From contig JASBSB010000008.1 of the NCBI GenBank assembly GCA_030149205.1, positions 30,001-62,000 of the forward strand: a stretch of DNA of 32,000 nucleotides. The letters run 5' to 3'. Each line of letters opens with the position of its first letter. Position 1 is the stretch's first letter. The stretch comes from Candidatus Heimdallarchaeota archaeon (GTDB lineage: Archaea; Asgardarchaeota; Heimdallarchaeia; Heimdallarchaeales; Kariarchaeaceae). Both the position numbers and the translations under genes were made by a program. Below, in pieces: positions 9,992 to 19,896 of this stretch. A model generated the notes under the pieces. The model made no database searches. It worked only from the letters and a program-made list of their open reading frames with translations, and was not told where the DNA came from.

Positions 9992-10942
9992 CTAATATAG
10001 AGAGAACCTCAAATCCTGTCCCGTTAACTCTTCTATAACATGAATGAGGTAATAATAAGTTGAGGTAAGCAAAGAATTTTGCACACCTGATTTTAGCATA
10101 TTATTAATCCTGATTACTCTATGAAGCAATCCACAAACCATAAAAAAGTCTAAATTTTCAAATTCATAGGTGGTTTTAGCGTGCTCATTATACATCTTAA
10201 GATAATTTGATATTATATGGATTGGTTGATCAACACTGATAGAAGTTAGAGCAAAACTTAGGTCATAACGAATATCCCCGATCTCTGCACCCTCATAGTC
10301 AATAGGAACCTGGGATTCTTCCCTCACTAAAATGTTAAGGGGGTGATAATCTCCGTGAAGAAAATGTAAAGAACCAGTAATCTGCAGATTATAATTTGAA
10401 TTTAACCAGCTCATCACATCAGAGGTCTGTTTTTTTGAGCGGGATTGCTTAATTTCCTTTGACAGTCTTTTTATGAGTGTTTTTGCAAAGTTAGATGGAT
10501 GTTTTTGAATATAATTGATATTTGTTCGTGGGAATAATTCCTTCCAATCTAATCCATGAAGAATTGTTAAATTTTTTAAATACTGGTGTAAATCGTGCTC
10601 TGTGAACTTCCCGCTCCTAAAATATCTCTCACCCAAAGTTCCTTCTGGAAAATACTCCAATAATAGAAACTGCGGTTTTTTCGGTTCAAAATAGTAAACT
10701 TTGGGGACTGGATATCCAACCTGATTTAATTTTGAATAGATCAAGTTTTCGTAATTTGGGTCATGATACTTATTTCCATAAAATCTAAGTACAATGGGAT
10801 GTTTCGTTGTCTGAACCAAATAGGTAGGAACTGATATTCCCCCCTCAAGTTGTTTGAAACTCATAAAATCCCCTAATTCGTTCTGCCGTAATGCATTTTT
10901 TATTTTTTCATCAATTACAAACAATAAATCATTAGTAAACAT
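9992..10942 (-). CDS. Aminoglycoside phosphotransferase/choline kinase-like (APH family) protein
   Basis: GG-x-S P-loop, VLRFY, PVPKVY, Brenner motif HGDYHPLNIL and IDYE. Confidence 0.85.
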   Translation of the reverse strand: MFTNDLLFVIDEKIKNALRQNELGDFMSFKQLEGGISVPTYLVQTTKHPIVLRFYGNKYHDPNYENLIYSKLNQVGYPVPKVYYFEPKKPQFLLLEYFPEGTLGERYFRSGKFTEHDLHQYLKNLTILHGLDWKELFPRTNINYIQKHPSNFAKTLIKRLSKEIKQSRSKKQTSDVMSWLNSNYNLQITGSLHFLHGDYHPLNILVREESQVPIDYEGAEIGDIRYDLSFALTSISVDQPIHIISNYLKMYNEHAKTTYEFENLDFFMVCGLLHRVIRINNMLKSGVQNSLLTSTYYYLIHVIEELTGQDLRFSLY

Positions 10943-11176
10943 ACAGAATAAAAGTTAACTTCCATGAGAATAGAAACACGTGACAGTGTTTGGATATCGT
11001 GTACCAATTAAACGATATTTTTTATAAAACATCTCCTTATCACACTATCTTAATGTATTTCAAAAAACGCCAGAAGATTCAGTTTACATTTAAATTTACT
11101 ATTCAAGTATTGAAACGATTTGTTTTCTCTAAGATGATTGCAATCTACTACTTCATCCAGTCTAAAATAATAAGGT

Positions 11177-11683
11177 TCAAGATTCGCTTTTATCTTCTTT
11201 GGCTTTGCTTGATTTTCTCGAAGATTTTGAGACTGATTTGATCCCCATCGCATCATAATCAGGGAAAAATAAGACAAGGAGGAGAAGGCCTGCCAATAAA
11301 AATTCTGAGAAAAAAATCAATAACAACCATAATTGATTAAAGAACTGATTAAAGTTTGCGAAAAAATTTCTTGAGCTGTTAAATAAGGATGGATTTATGT
11401 TTATTATAAATGTCATTAACATTAAAATTAGGGAAGAGTTTCTAAACACCTCAATAATTGGTTGCTTTATGTCTAATTTTTGTGAAAAAATTAAACCAAA
11501 AACATACAAGAAAGAAACACCTATCAATGAGCCTAGGATAAATAGTGATATCCGAGCATAAAAGACAGAATTATTATTGAAACTCATGCCAAAGGCAACA
11601 AGAAATGATAACCCAATCCAAAAATAGGTTAGATTGTTCATTAATTCAAAAAATTTATCTAGAGTTGTTCTAAACATTGACAT
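11177..11683 (-). CDS. Hypothetical membrane protein (about 4 TM)
   Basis: 168-aa hydrophobic ORF with charged tail and a TTTATA box about 25-30 nt upstream. Confidence 0.65.
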   Translation of the reverse strand: MSMFRTTLDKFFELMNNLTYFWIGLSFLVAFGMSFNNNSVFYARISLFILGSLIGVSFLYVFGLIFSQKLDIKQPIIEVFRNSSLILMLMTFIININPSLFNSSRNFFANFNQFFNQLWLLLIFFSEFLLAGLLLLVLFFPDYDAMGIKSVSKSSRKSSKAKEDKSES

Positions 11684-11917
11684 ATTAACTTGACATACCC
11701 AGACAGAATATAAATATTTCGAGAAAAAATATAGTTTTTTATTTTAAAATCAACTTAATGTGATTAAATCTAAATAGAGGAGCTTTGATGGTAAAGAGCA
11801 AGATGAAATCAAAAAAATAAGAATTTCAATTTTATATGGTAATGCAGTTAGAAACCATTGGAAGCTAAGAAACATTTGAAAGAAATTCTAATGATATAGA
11901 TCACATAATCTTTTTGA

Positions 11918-12403
11918 TTAAGTCACTCGCTGAGATGTTAGGTTAGCATTCTCTCTTTGGAATAAGAAAAGGATGAATTCAGACCAATAATACATCAGAA
12001 TCCCAAACAAGAATAATCCTATAGTCGTAAGAGACATAAACACCAAATATGAAAATAATAGCTGAATAAATTCTAAACCTACTTGAAATAATATAGAAGA
12101 GCCAATATCAATGATAGATAGACCCAAGTATAGTATAATAGCATTTAATAATATTATTTCAAAAGAAATTCTTAATATATTTATTAGTTTCTCAGATTCA
12201 CTAATCACCTTAAACAACACAAATAAGAATACAAAGAGCAATCCAACCCAAAAAGAGAATATTGAGACTTGAGAAATACCGTATTCCAATTGATAGATCC
12301 TAAAGAAATATCCTAGAGAGAGGGAGAATATAATTGAAGTTGTTAACAAAACAAATACAAAGAGGTTCGAGAGCTTTCTATTGAATATTTTTTCGAATTT
12401 CAT
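11918..12403 (-). CDS. Hypothetical membrane protein (about 4 TM)
   Basis: 161-aa hydrophobic ORF with ATG start. Confidence 0.6.
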   Translation of the reverse strand: MKFEKIFNRKLSNLFVFVLLTTSIIFSLSLGYFFRIYQLEYGISQVSIFSFWVGLLFVFLFVLFKVISESEKLINILRISFEIILLNAIILYLGLSIIDIGSSILFQVGLEFIQLLFSYLVFMSLTTIGLFLFGILMYYWSEFILFLFQRENANLTSQRVT

Positions 12404-12706
12404 TTAATCACACTTATTAATTAGAAACCTAGTTTAAAAACAGAATCACTCAAAGGGCAAAATCTGTTTAAAATTAAATGAAGCAGAAAATTTACTTTGA
12501 AAGAAGATAGTAACTGTGAATCAATTAGTCAGAATAAAGAAAAAGAAATTGGGATTTGCAACTAAATTACAATTCCAATCTATCTATTAACTAAGGCTTC
12601 CCTGTGAATTCTCCCTCTGAGAGGAATATTAATTAGTCAAAATATGATGATAAATATAATGACAGCAATATAGAAATTTTTTAAAGATTAATTTCCAATC
12701 GAGGTT

Positions 12707-13075
12707 ATGCCTCTAGTATTGGTTTATGGAACCTTAAAAAGGGGATTACATAACCATAAAGTCTATCTATCTCCACTTCAACCGGTTTTTGATGGTGTGG
12801 TGAGGATTCCTGCAAAAATGTATACAAATGGGAGATATCCTATGCTGATCCCAGATCCAGAGCTTAACTCATTTTTTATTGAAATTTACGAAGTAACACC
12901 TCAAAAGCGAACAGAGTTAGATTCTTTGGAATTTCCATTCAACTATTTCAGGACAACAATTACATTTGACGAGTTTTCTCAACCAGTGGAGGTTTACTAT
13001 TACAAAGAACAAGTTCCACCTGAGTCATTTTATCCCTTTATCGGGGAGAACTGGAAACCAACTGAAGATTGGTAA
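12707..13075 (+). CDS. Gamma-glutamylcyclotransferase (AIG2-like) family protein
   Basis: VLVYGTLKRGLHNH, YPML, EIYEV and LDSLE motifs. Confidence 0.9.
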   Translation: MPLVLVYGTLKRGLHNHKVYLSPLQPVFDGVVRIPAKMYTNGRYPMLIPDPELNSFFIEIYEVTPQKRTELDSLEFPFNYFRTTITFDEFSQPVEVYYYKEQVPPESFYPFIGENWKPTEDW

Positions 13076-13192
13076 ATTGACTAGTATAGACTGTTGTTGA
13101 GATATCCCAAAATTGGGCTTAAATTTCTTAAAGAATGTAACCTTTACAGAATCGTATAGATAACTTCTTTTTATTAAAAATAGAAGTCTCAC

Positions 13193-13810
13193 ATGGAGAA
13201 CCAACTTTGGGTCTTTCTGACAACCTTTGGGATAATTTTTCTTGCGGAGATCGGAGATAAAACTAACCTTGTTGCCATAAGTCTCAGTGCTGAGTCTGAA
13301 TTTCCAAAATGGGTATTGCTTGGAGGAGCTTTAGGATTAGGTTTTATTTCGGGTATTGGAGTTCTCTTCGCGGTTATTTTAGGTGATATGGTTAATGTGA
13401 AGTTTATTCCATTAATTTCAGGTTCATTGTTCCTTCTTCTTGGAATTTGGGAGTTAAAAGAGTATTTTTCAAATCACAAAAATGAACAAGATGAAAGGGA
13501 GAATACTGAGGATTTAGGTTCACAGGTGGTACAGACTTCAAGACTCAGAACTGTGTTACGTTCATTCAGTCTGATAGGCTTGGCAGAATTTGGGGACAAA
13601 AGTCAACTGTTTCTTATTACAAGCGCTCTATCATTGAATCCATTTTTCGTATTGCTAGGTGGTATTCTAGGTCTTTTCTCTGTTCTCACCTTATCAGTAA
13701 TCTTTGGCAAGGAACTCCAAAAAAGAATTCCACGACATAAACTCGAGTTAATAGTTGCAGTCTTATTTTTACTAAGTGGTCTGTTAATCCTCTCAGAATT
13801 TAGATTTTAA
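13193..13810 (+). CDS. TMEM165/GDT1 (UPF0016) family Ca2+/Mn2+ transporter
   Basis: Two E-x-G-D-K motifs (AEIGDKT, AEFGDKSQ) in duplicated 3-TM halves. Confidence 0.92.
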   Translation: MENQLWVFLTTFGIIFLAEIGDKTNLVAISLSAESEFPKWVLLGGALGLGFISGIGVLFAVILGDMVNVKFIPLISGSLFLLLGIWELKEYFSNHKNEQDERENTEDLGSQVVQTSRLRTVLRSFSLIGLAEFGDKSQLFLITSALSLNPFFVLLGGILGLFSVLTLSVIFGKELQKRIPRHKLELIVAVLFLLSGLLILSEFRF

Positions 13811-13935
13811 TAGTTGTGAAATTATATTCAATTCAAGGATTCTATAAATTTGCGTATAATTCATGCTATACGTAGAAAGTTACGGTTAAACATATTTTGA
13901 AAATTAATTAAACTTGTAGGTCACATATTATTAAT

Positions 13936-16698
13936 TTATGGTGTCGAGGGTTTATTTATTCTTCGGATCGCAAAAACAGTCAGTGCAATTAAACCAATTG
14001 AAATGAAGATCGATCCTGAGGCAAGGACCTGCCTGTTATCAAAGAATGCTTTACTGATCTGAGACGCCACCACATTGACCTTTAAGGTAGCAATATGAAC
14101 ATCAACTGAATTAGATAGTGGGCTTGCTCCTTCAGAATTGAATGCTTGAACCCAGTATGTGTAATTTTGCCCCCTCGTAAGATTTACATCTCGATACTGA
14201 AGTGAAGTTACATTACCAACGATATTCAAAGATTGATTAACAACTACGTACTGATATACGAGATAATACAGAACAGGTCTACCACCATCGTATGTGGGAG
14301 CACTCCAACTCAAGAGCACCTGTGTCCCATTTACTTTAGCTGTTAATGGTAAAGGTGGACTGGGTGCTGTGGTGGTTATGACAGATTTGAGCTCTGAAGT
14401 GCTGCTCTGACCCAGTATAGTAACAGCTGTCACGAAATAGGTGTAATTTACACCTTTTGCGATTGAATAATCTCTATAATTTGTTCCAGAGTTATTAAAT
14501 CCAATAAGATGTGCATTACCTGAGAGTCCTCTATAAATATTATATTTGAGTATAGGATAGCCTCCAGTATCATTAGGACTATTCCATTTTATGAGTACAT
14601 GGTTTGAAAATAACTCTAGAGTAACATTGGTTGGCGTGGATGAGGCCCTACCAGGTTTTAGGTTGATAGAAGATGAATTCATCCCATAACCTTTTGAATT
14701 ATAAGCAGAGACCTTGTATTGATAGGTAATCCCGTTCACCAGGTTTGTATCTTTATAGGAAATTCCAGTTATATTTGAAATTCTGTAAAAATTAACTGAG
14801 TTGTTACTTCGGAATATTGTGTAACCTTGAATTACAAAACCTCCGTCATCAAAAGGAGTCAACCAACTGACTACATTTGCTTTATCACTTACTACACCAG
14901 ATATACTTCTTGGGGCACTGGGAACTCCTCCAACCACTAATGAACTAATTTTTGAAGCCAAACCTTCACCTTGATTATTGGTTGCACTTACCTTATAGTA
15001 GGCGTGATCCTTGTTTGTTACACCGTTATCAGTGTAATTTAGTAAACTGGTATTTCCTATCCACACAAATGAGTTAGGATCGGAGATTGAGCGATAGACT
15101 GAGTAGTGTAATATGGGATAACTGTTATCAAATGGTTTAGACCATGATAGGTACACTAAATTATTCGCTGATTGAATATCAATTATTTGGGGAGCATAAG
15201 GTGTGTTTGCTACCTTGAGTTTTATTTCATTAGAATACCCACTTTCATATTTCTGATTCAGAGAGGTAACTACATAGAAATAGGTCTTCAAATTAACAAC
15301 AGATGAGTCTACAAATGATAATGATGAAATATTTGTTGCAATTTTTGTGTAGGAACTTCCAGAAGTTATAGATCTATAAACATTGTACCCAACAAATGTA
15401 AATCCCCCATCTGTTGCGGGTGAAGTCCAGTTCAATATTACAGTGTTATTAGATGCAAATCCAATCAATGAGGAAATCGTGGGTGGGGCACCTGTTGAAA
15501 AAGTGGACACCATGGTAGAAAAAGTTGACTCTTGGAATGAGTTGTATGCCGTAATTTTATAATAATAGGTTTTACCATTAATTACATCGAGGTCAATATA
15601 CCCTGTTTTTGTCGTGTTCTCACCTATCTTAACAAATGTCCCACTTGCGCTGTCAGACCTATAAACACCATACTTTGTGAGAGGTTTTCCACCAGTTAAT
15701 GATGGGGGGTCCCAAGAAAGTGTGATCTTATTTAACCCCCCAACCGCAGACGGGTTTAATGGCTCAGTAATCGTCCCAGATGGAACAGCTGAGAATTCTT
15801 TAGAATAAATTGATTCTCCAAGGCTATTGATTGCAGTGACAACAAAATAGTATGTTTGACCGTTGGTTAATCCAGAAATAATTGCACTGGCTGAAGTAAC
15901 AGTTGAACTTAAGGTATATCCTAAACCAGAGGTAGATGAGGAATAAACCTTATATTGAGTAATCGGAGAACCTCCATCCCTTGGGGGTTTCCATGATATT
16001 CCGATGGTAGAATCTGAAGAATTTGTGGTAAATACGGATGGGGGTTGGGGCTTTACTGTAGAGAAAGTCAAACTAGAATAACCTCTTGAGGTATGATATG
16101 AGGTGAAATCATCTGCTGTTGTAGAAACTGCCCACATAATATCAATTTTGACATTAGGAGTAATTTTGTAATCCTGAGAATCGCCAGTATCTAATAATCT
16201 GCTAAACTCAAGAAGAGTTGTAGAAGAGTTTGCCGAGCCTCCATAAGATAGGATGTTCTCCACACTGTCCTTTGCATGAGATACAGCTCCTGTCCCGATG
16301 TTATCTTGAATGTAAGCCCCTGTGGCATCTACATAGCCAATATAGATGTCAGCTCCTGCCATTTTCGTTGAAGGATTTGCATTTAGCCCTATTGATACAT
16401 AACCTGCAACCTTTGCAGCCATTGCAAGATATATAACTGACTGATTTAAAGCATAATAGACATAAAATGAAGAGGCGGAGTCTATTAAAGCAAATCCATC
16501 ATATTCCCCTGGAGAAATAATTCCGTCATGAATTACCTCAGATGAACTAACAGCAGAGGGTACATAAACTGTTTCAGTTGGATTTATATTAGCTAAGCCA
16601 GTCTGATCTATATAGATCCCAGATTGAACTACCAATAAAAATATTAGAATAAAAATCAAGTGAAATTTTTTTGACATATTACCAAAAATTCGGGTCAT
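13936..16698 (-). CDS. Surface protein: signal peptide + DOMON domain + 7 fibronectin type III repeats + C-terminal TM anchor
   Basis: KMAGADIYIGY (Met codon 16360-16362), EFSRLLDTGD, SYHTSRG (His codon 16093-16095), then seven W..P..DGG...Y...Y.Y.V.A.N repeats. Confidence 0.9.
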   Translation of the reverse strand: MTRIFGNMSKKFHLIFILIFLLVVQSGIYIDQTGLANINPTETVYVPSAVSSSEVIHDGIISPGEYDGFALIDSASSFYVYYALNQSVIYLAMAAKVAGYVSIGLNANPSTKMAGADIYIGYVDATGAYIQDNIGTGAVSHAKDSVENILSYGGSANSSTTLLEFSRLLDTGDSQDYKITPNVKIDIMWAVSTTADDFTSYHTSRGYSSLTFSTVKPQPPSVFTTNSSDSTIGISWKPPRDGGSPITQYKVYSSSTSGLGYTLSSTVTSASAIISGLTNGQTYYFVVTAINSLGESIYSKEFSAVPSGTITEPLNPSAVGGLNKITLSWDPPSLTGGKPLTKYGVYRSDSASGTFVKIGENTTKTGYIDLDVINGKTYYYKITAYNSFQESTFSTMVSTFSTGAPPTISSLIGFASNNTVILNWTSPATDGGFTFVGYNVYRSITSGSSYTKIATNISSLSFVDSSVVNLKTYFYVVTSLNQKYESGYSNEIKLKVANTPYAPQIIDIQSANNLVYLSWSKPFDNSYPILHYSVYRSISDPNSFVWIGNTSLLNYTDNGVTNKDHAYYKVSATNNQGEGLASKISSLVVGGVPSAPRSISGVVSDKANVVSWLTPFDDGGFVIQGYTIFRSNNSVNFYRISNITGISYKDTNLVNGITYQYKVSAYNSKGYGMNSSSINLKPGRASSTPTNVTLELFSNHVLIKWNSPNDTGGYPILKYNIYRGLSGNAHLIGFNNSGTNYRDYSIAKGVNYTYFVTAVTILGQSSTSELKSVITTTAPSPPLPLTAKVNGTQVLLSWSAPTYDGGRPVLYYLVYQYVVVNQSLNIVGNVTSLQYRDVNLTRGQNYTYWVQAFNSEGASPLSNSVDVHIATLKVNVVASQISKAFFDNRQVLASGSIFISIGLIALTVFAIRRINKPSTP

Positions 16699-16811
16699 TT
16701 AGTAAATTATTGTTTTCTAAATTTAAATGATTGAGATTGTGCAATTTTTTTATATAAAAAGTATAGTTAATTTTAAGCATTAGTCCATTTCAATATGTAT
16801 AAATAAATTTT

Positions 16812-18362
16812 TTATCTGTTATTTTTCAATTTATATCTTTTTTTTGCTATTAAATGGATTATAAATATCGGGATGAGAAAGTTGATAAGATCTATCTCAG
16901 CTGGTGAAGCGGTTGATCCTGATTTAGAGGGTAGACTTTTAAAAGGCGAAGTTTGAAGAAATGAGGTAAATCTAATCTGTCTTTTCCAGAGGTTTTCTGA
17001 TCTAAGATTAATTAGTGTTTCAATAATTTGTTGAATTAGATTATTAAATTTTGTGTTGTTCAGATCTAAGTTTGTTTTAACATTGAACAGCAGCTTTAAT
17101 ACACCAGATAGCCCTTCTCCCAATGAGAGATCAAAAACGTTTTGAGGTAAAATGCTGTTTTTTAATAAAATTAGTTCCTTTGAGTTATACCTACCTTGAA
17201 TTAATTCATTCAGTACAAACCAGCTAATGATATCTTTAGTCTTAGTTTTTTGCGCCTCCTGCAACATCTGCCAAAGATTAAGAAGAACCCATAAGACACC
17301 TATGGTTCCCTTATTAAAGCTATCATGCTGAACATATTCCACATTTCTATCCAAGAATCCCATAAAAGTCGAATTCTCCTTCAACGAACTGAAGAGATAA
17401 TTTACGCCCTTAATTATAGAATTATCAAATTCAGAGCTATTTAAGATTAATTTAGACTCATATAGCCCATAAAGTATTCCAGCAACCCCTTCATCGTAAC
17501 CAATTTTGGTGACGGAACCATTTATCTCTGTTTTCCAACTTCCATCCGCTTCCTGGGTTTGAACGAGGAATGTTAACATTTTTTTACTGAAATTAAGGAT
17601 AGTTGAATTATTTAGGAGTTTTGCTACCTTTATAAACAGAGGAATCATTCCAGAAATCCCCCACTCATATGAGGTCTTAATCGGCATTGTCGTGTCTTCA
17701 ATGTAATACCATGGAATAATATTAAATGATTGGCCTGATAATTCAATTGAAATTGCAACAGAGAGTAACCAGTTCATGATTGAATTCATTTGAGAGAGAG
17801 AGTCTGGGTTTGGATTTTTCAAATAACGTTGATATATCAAGTCAAGTATTCCAGCACTCCCGTATTTTAGATCAGTAATAGGAATACCATAAGGATCATT
17901 AGGAAGGAAATAAGCATATCCCCAATGTGGTATTGTACTTGAATTCAAAGCTTCATTAAAAAGCTCGTTAATACCTTTATCAACGTACTCTAACCATATA
18001 TCAGCTCCATTGGACCAACTTAAAATAGTTTTTAATATTCCTGCAGCCCCATATTTTTTCCCAGGGTATACGGTGTTTTCTCCAGAATACTTACCCCATG
18101 CAGGAACTTTTACTCCCTGAAATTCTATCTGAGAACTCCAAATCTTTTCCAAGGTTGAGTTTATAACGTCACGTAGAACAGAAGAATTCAGACCATGATG
18201 ATAAAATTGAATTAATGTATCAGTGATTCCAGCCGCTCCAAGTTCATATCCATAGTAAGTTTCTGTATCATAATCTGGAAGTGATGGAAGTTGGGCATAT
18301 GTTGAGTGATTTATGAGACTCAACAATAACAATAATATCAAGCTCTGTGAAGGGATTTTCAT
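16812..18362 (-). CDS. Exported, membrane-anchored LanC-like alpha/alpha toroid lacking zinc ligands
   Basis: Seven GxxG helix-cap repeats (GAAG, GAAG, GSAG, GISG, GVAG, GTIG, GLSG), signal peptide, C-terminal TM + KKRYK, no Cys in the protein. Confidence 0.75.
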   Translation of the reverse strand: MKIPSQSLILLLLLSLINHSTYAQLPSLPDYDTETYYGYELGAAGITDTLIQFYHHGLNSSVLRDVINSTLEKIWSSQIEFQGVKVPAWGKYSGENTVYPGKKYGAAGILKTILSWSNGADIWLEYVDKGINELFNEALNSSTIPHWGYAYFLPNDPYGIPITDLKYGSAGILDLIYQRYLKNPNPDSLSQMNSIMNWLLSVAISIELSGQSFNIIPWYYIEDTTMPIKTSYEWGISGMIPLFIKVAKLLNNSTILNFSKKMLTFLVQTQEADGSWKTEINGSVTKIGYDEGVAGILYGLYESKLILNSSEFDNSIIKGVNYLFSSLKENSTFMGFLDRNVEYVQHDSFNKGTIGVLWVLLNLWQMLQEAQKTKTKDIISWFVLNELIQGRYNSKELILLKNSILPQNVFDLSLGEGLSGVLKLLFNVKTNLDLNNTKFNNLIQQIIETLINLRSENLWKRQIRFTSFLQTSPFKSLPSKSGSTASPAEIDLINFLIPIFIIHLIAKKRYKLKNNR

Positions 18363-18380
18363 AATTACTTTCTCACTAAC

Positions 18381-18962
18381 CTAACCTTGTGGGATCAAAA
18401 ATCCAAGACCAAAGGTCTCAAGTATTGAGTGACCATACACATATTTTCCACCTGTGCCTGCAATAATTGCAGTTAGTGCAGCGCCAATTATTATTGGAAT
18501 AAGGTATAGAATGGGTAATATGATATGTTTTCTGTCAAAAATATGAGCGTGATACCTCCATCCAACATATGTCTTCAATATTAGAGGGGTTAATAATACA
18601 AATAAAGTGTAGATTGATAATCTAACTTTGTATTCTAGCAAGGTGTTTTCGATAGCGGGTGATACTCCACCTGCAGATTGAAAACCTGTATAACCAGCAA
18701 TCCCATATCCTAATATTCCCAAGATTAAAAGTATGTAACTTGAAAATTCAAATCTCCTTACATATCTTAAAGATAAATCCCATGTATCTTGAGAGATCAT
18801 TTCCCTCTTCAATAGAATATCTACTAATACTTTTATTCCGAATGCTGTAGCACCAGCTGCGAAGCTCATTAATATCCCTACTATTGGGAAATGAATCACT
18901 GCTGCATGACTTGATGCAAAGAACTCAGTCATCATATTTACAAAATCATCAATTATAGTCAT
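18381..18962 (-). CDS. DUF2231-like 4-TM membrane protein
   Basis: HAAVIHFPI N-terminal motif and GGKYVYG C-terminal motif as recalled for DUF2231. Confidence 0.7.
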   Translation of the reverse strand: MTIIDDFVNMMTEFFASSHAAVIHFPIVGILMSFAAGATAFGIKVLVDILLKREMISQDTWDLSLRYVRRFEFSSYILLILGILGYGIAGYTGFQSAGGVSPAIENTLLEYKVRLSIYTLFVLLTPLILKTYVGWRYHAHIFDRKHIILPILYLIPIIIGAALTAIIAGTGGKYVYGHSILETFGLGFLIPQG

Positions 18963-18963
18963 A

Positions 18964-19896
18964 TTAGAGTTCCTCCTTTTTGATCAGATAAACTGAAATG
19001 GTAATAACAGTGAAAAACAAAATTGAGCCTATCATCAATCCCACAGATACATTATAGAACAAGTAAATATCAACATTATATTTTAAAGGCTCTGAAGCTA
19101 TTGAGGTGATAGATGTATTAATTGCTCCACCATATTTCAACGAAGATAACGCAAATTTTGCATATGACAATGAACTATCTGGTCGATGATGAACTTGACT
19201 AGCAAAGTACATACTAACATTGTAATTTGGTGAAAATTTAACATCTGAACCCTCTTTATCATTTGTGACTAAAGCACGTTTGGCTTCTATTACATATCCA
19301 AGAACTTTTCCTGAGGTATCGTTTAATAAGACCTCCTCCCAATATAGATCCTGTATTTTGTCTTGAACAATAAATGGGGGTTCAGTTCCAATTGGTGTTG
19401 TATCACCTAATACCTTAGTTTTATCTGCAGATCCAAAAACCCACATGTCATCGCCGATAGACATTGGCTTCATATCTGAAGATTTAAAGTTCTCAGGATC
19501 TGTACTGTTGTCTGCATCCCATTGTATTGCAATCCAAGGTATGTTTTCATCGAATGCAATCCTAAAATAAACAAAGTTTTGATCAAATACAGAGGAAATT
19601 GAGCCTGAAACACCAAAAGCTTCTATGTTAATTTTTGGCACTTTCTCCCAAGCAGCTGAAATTTGATTATCCCCCACAACAATGAGAGGTAGATTTTTCT
19701 GTGATGAAGAAGAATCAAATTGTGATGTCATATTATACGATAACAATTCTCCTGATACCTGGGGTGCATTAAGGTAAATAGATTTTTGAGGTGCGTTCGC
19801 TCCTTCAGCTACTTGCGGTACACCTAATATCAGAAGAAAGATAAAGCTAGTTGTTAATAATTTAAATCTTAAGTCTTTCATAAAAGTTCCTCTCAT
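18964..19896 (-). CDS. Exported DOMON-like protein with C-terminal TM anchor
   Basis: Signal peptide, YFRIAF..WIAIQW, PMSIGDDMWVFG, IEAKRALVTND and ASQVHH. Start is 19896 or 19881. Confidence 0.65.
   Translation of the reverse strand: MRGTFMKDLRFKLLTTSFIFLLILGVPQVAEGANAPQKSIYLNAPQVSGELLSYNMTSQFDSSSSQKNLPLIVVGDNQISAAWEKVPKINIEAFGVSGSISSVFDQNFVYFRIAFDENIPWIAIQWDADNSTDPENFKSSDMKPMSIGDDMWVFGSADKTKVLGDTTPIGTEPPFIVQDKIQDLYWEEVLLNDTSGKVLGYVIEAKRALVTNDKEGSDVKFSPNYNVSMYFASQVHHRPDSSLSYAKFALSSLKYGGAINTSITSIASEPLKYNVDIYLFYNVSVGLMIGSILFFTVITISVYLIKKEEL

Noticed and set aside
10990-11277. ORFs 10990-11241 (+) and 11050-11277 (-)
   Set aside because: They overlap each other and the 11177-11683 gene, use TTG or weak starts, and show low-complexity AT-driven composition.
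11750-11875. 41-aa hydrophobic minus-strand ORF (MFLSFQWFLTALPY...)
   Set aside because: No SD or clear promoter and no motif. It cannot be told apart from a chance ORF.
11177-12403. Two adjacent 4-TM genes as a paralog pair
   Set aside because: Similar size and hydrophobicity, but I could not find shared specific motifs by eye.
16812-18362. Lanthipeptide biosynthetic cluster
   Set aside because: No dehydratase or kinase domain, no Cys/Ser/Thr-rich precursor and no zinc ligands, and the protein is exported. The nearby microproteins contain no Cys.
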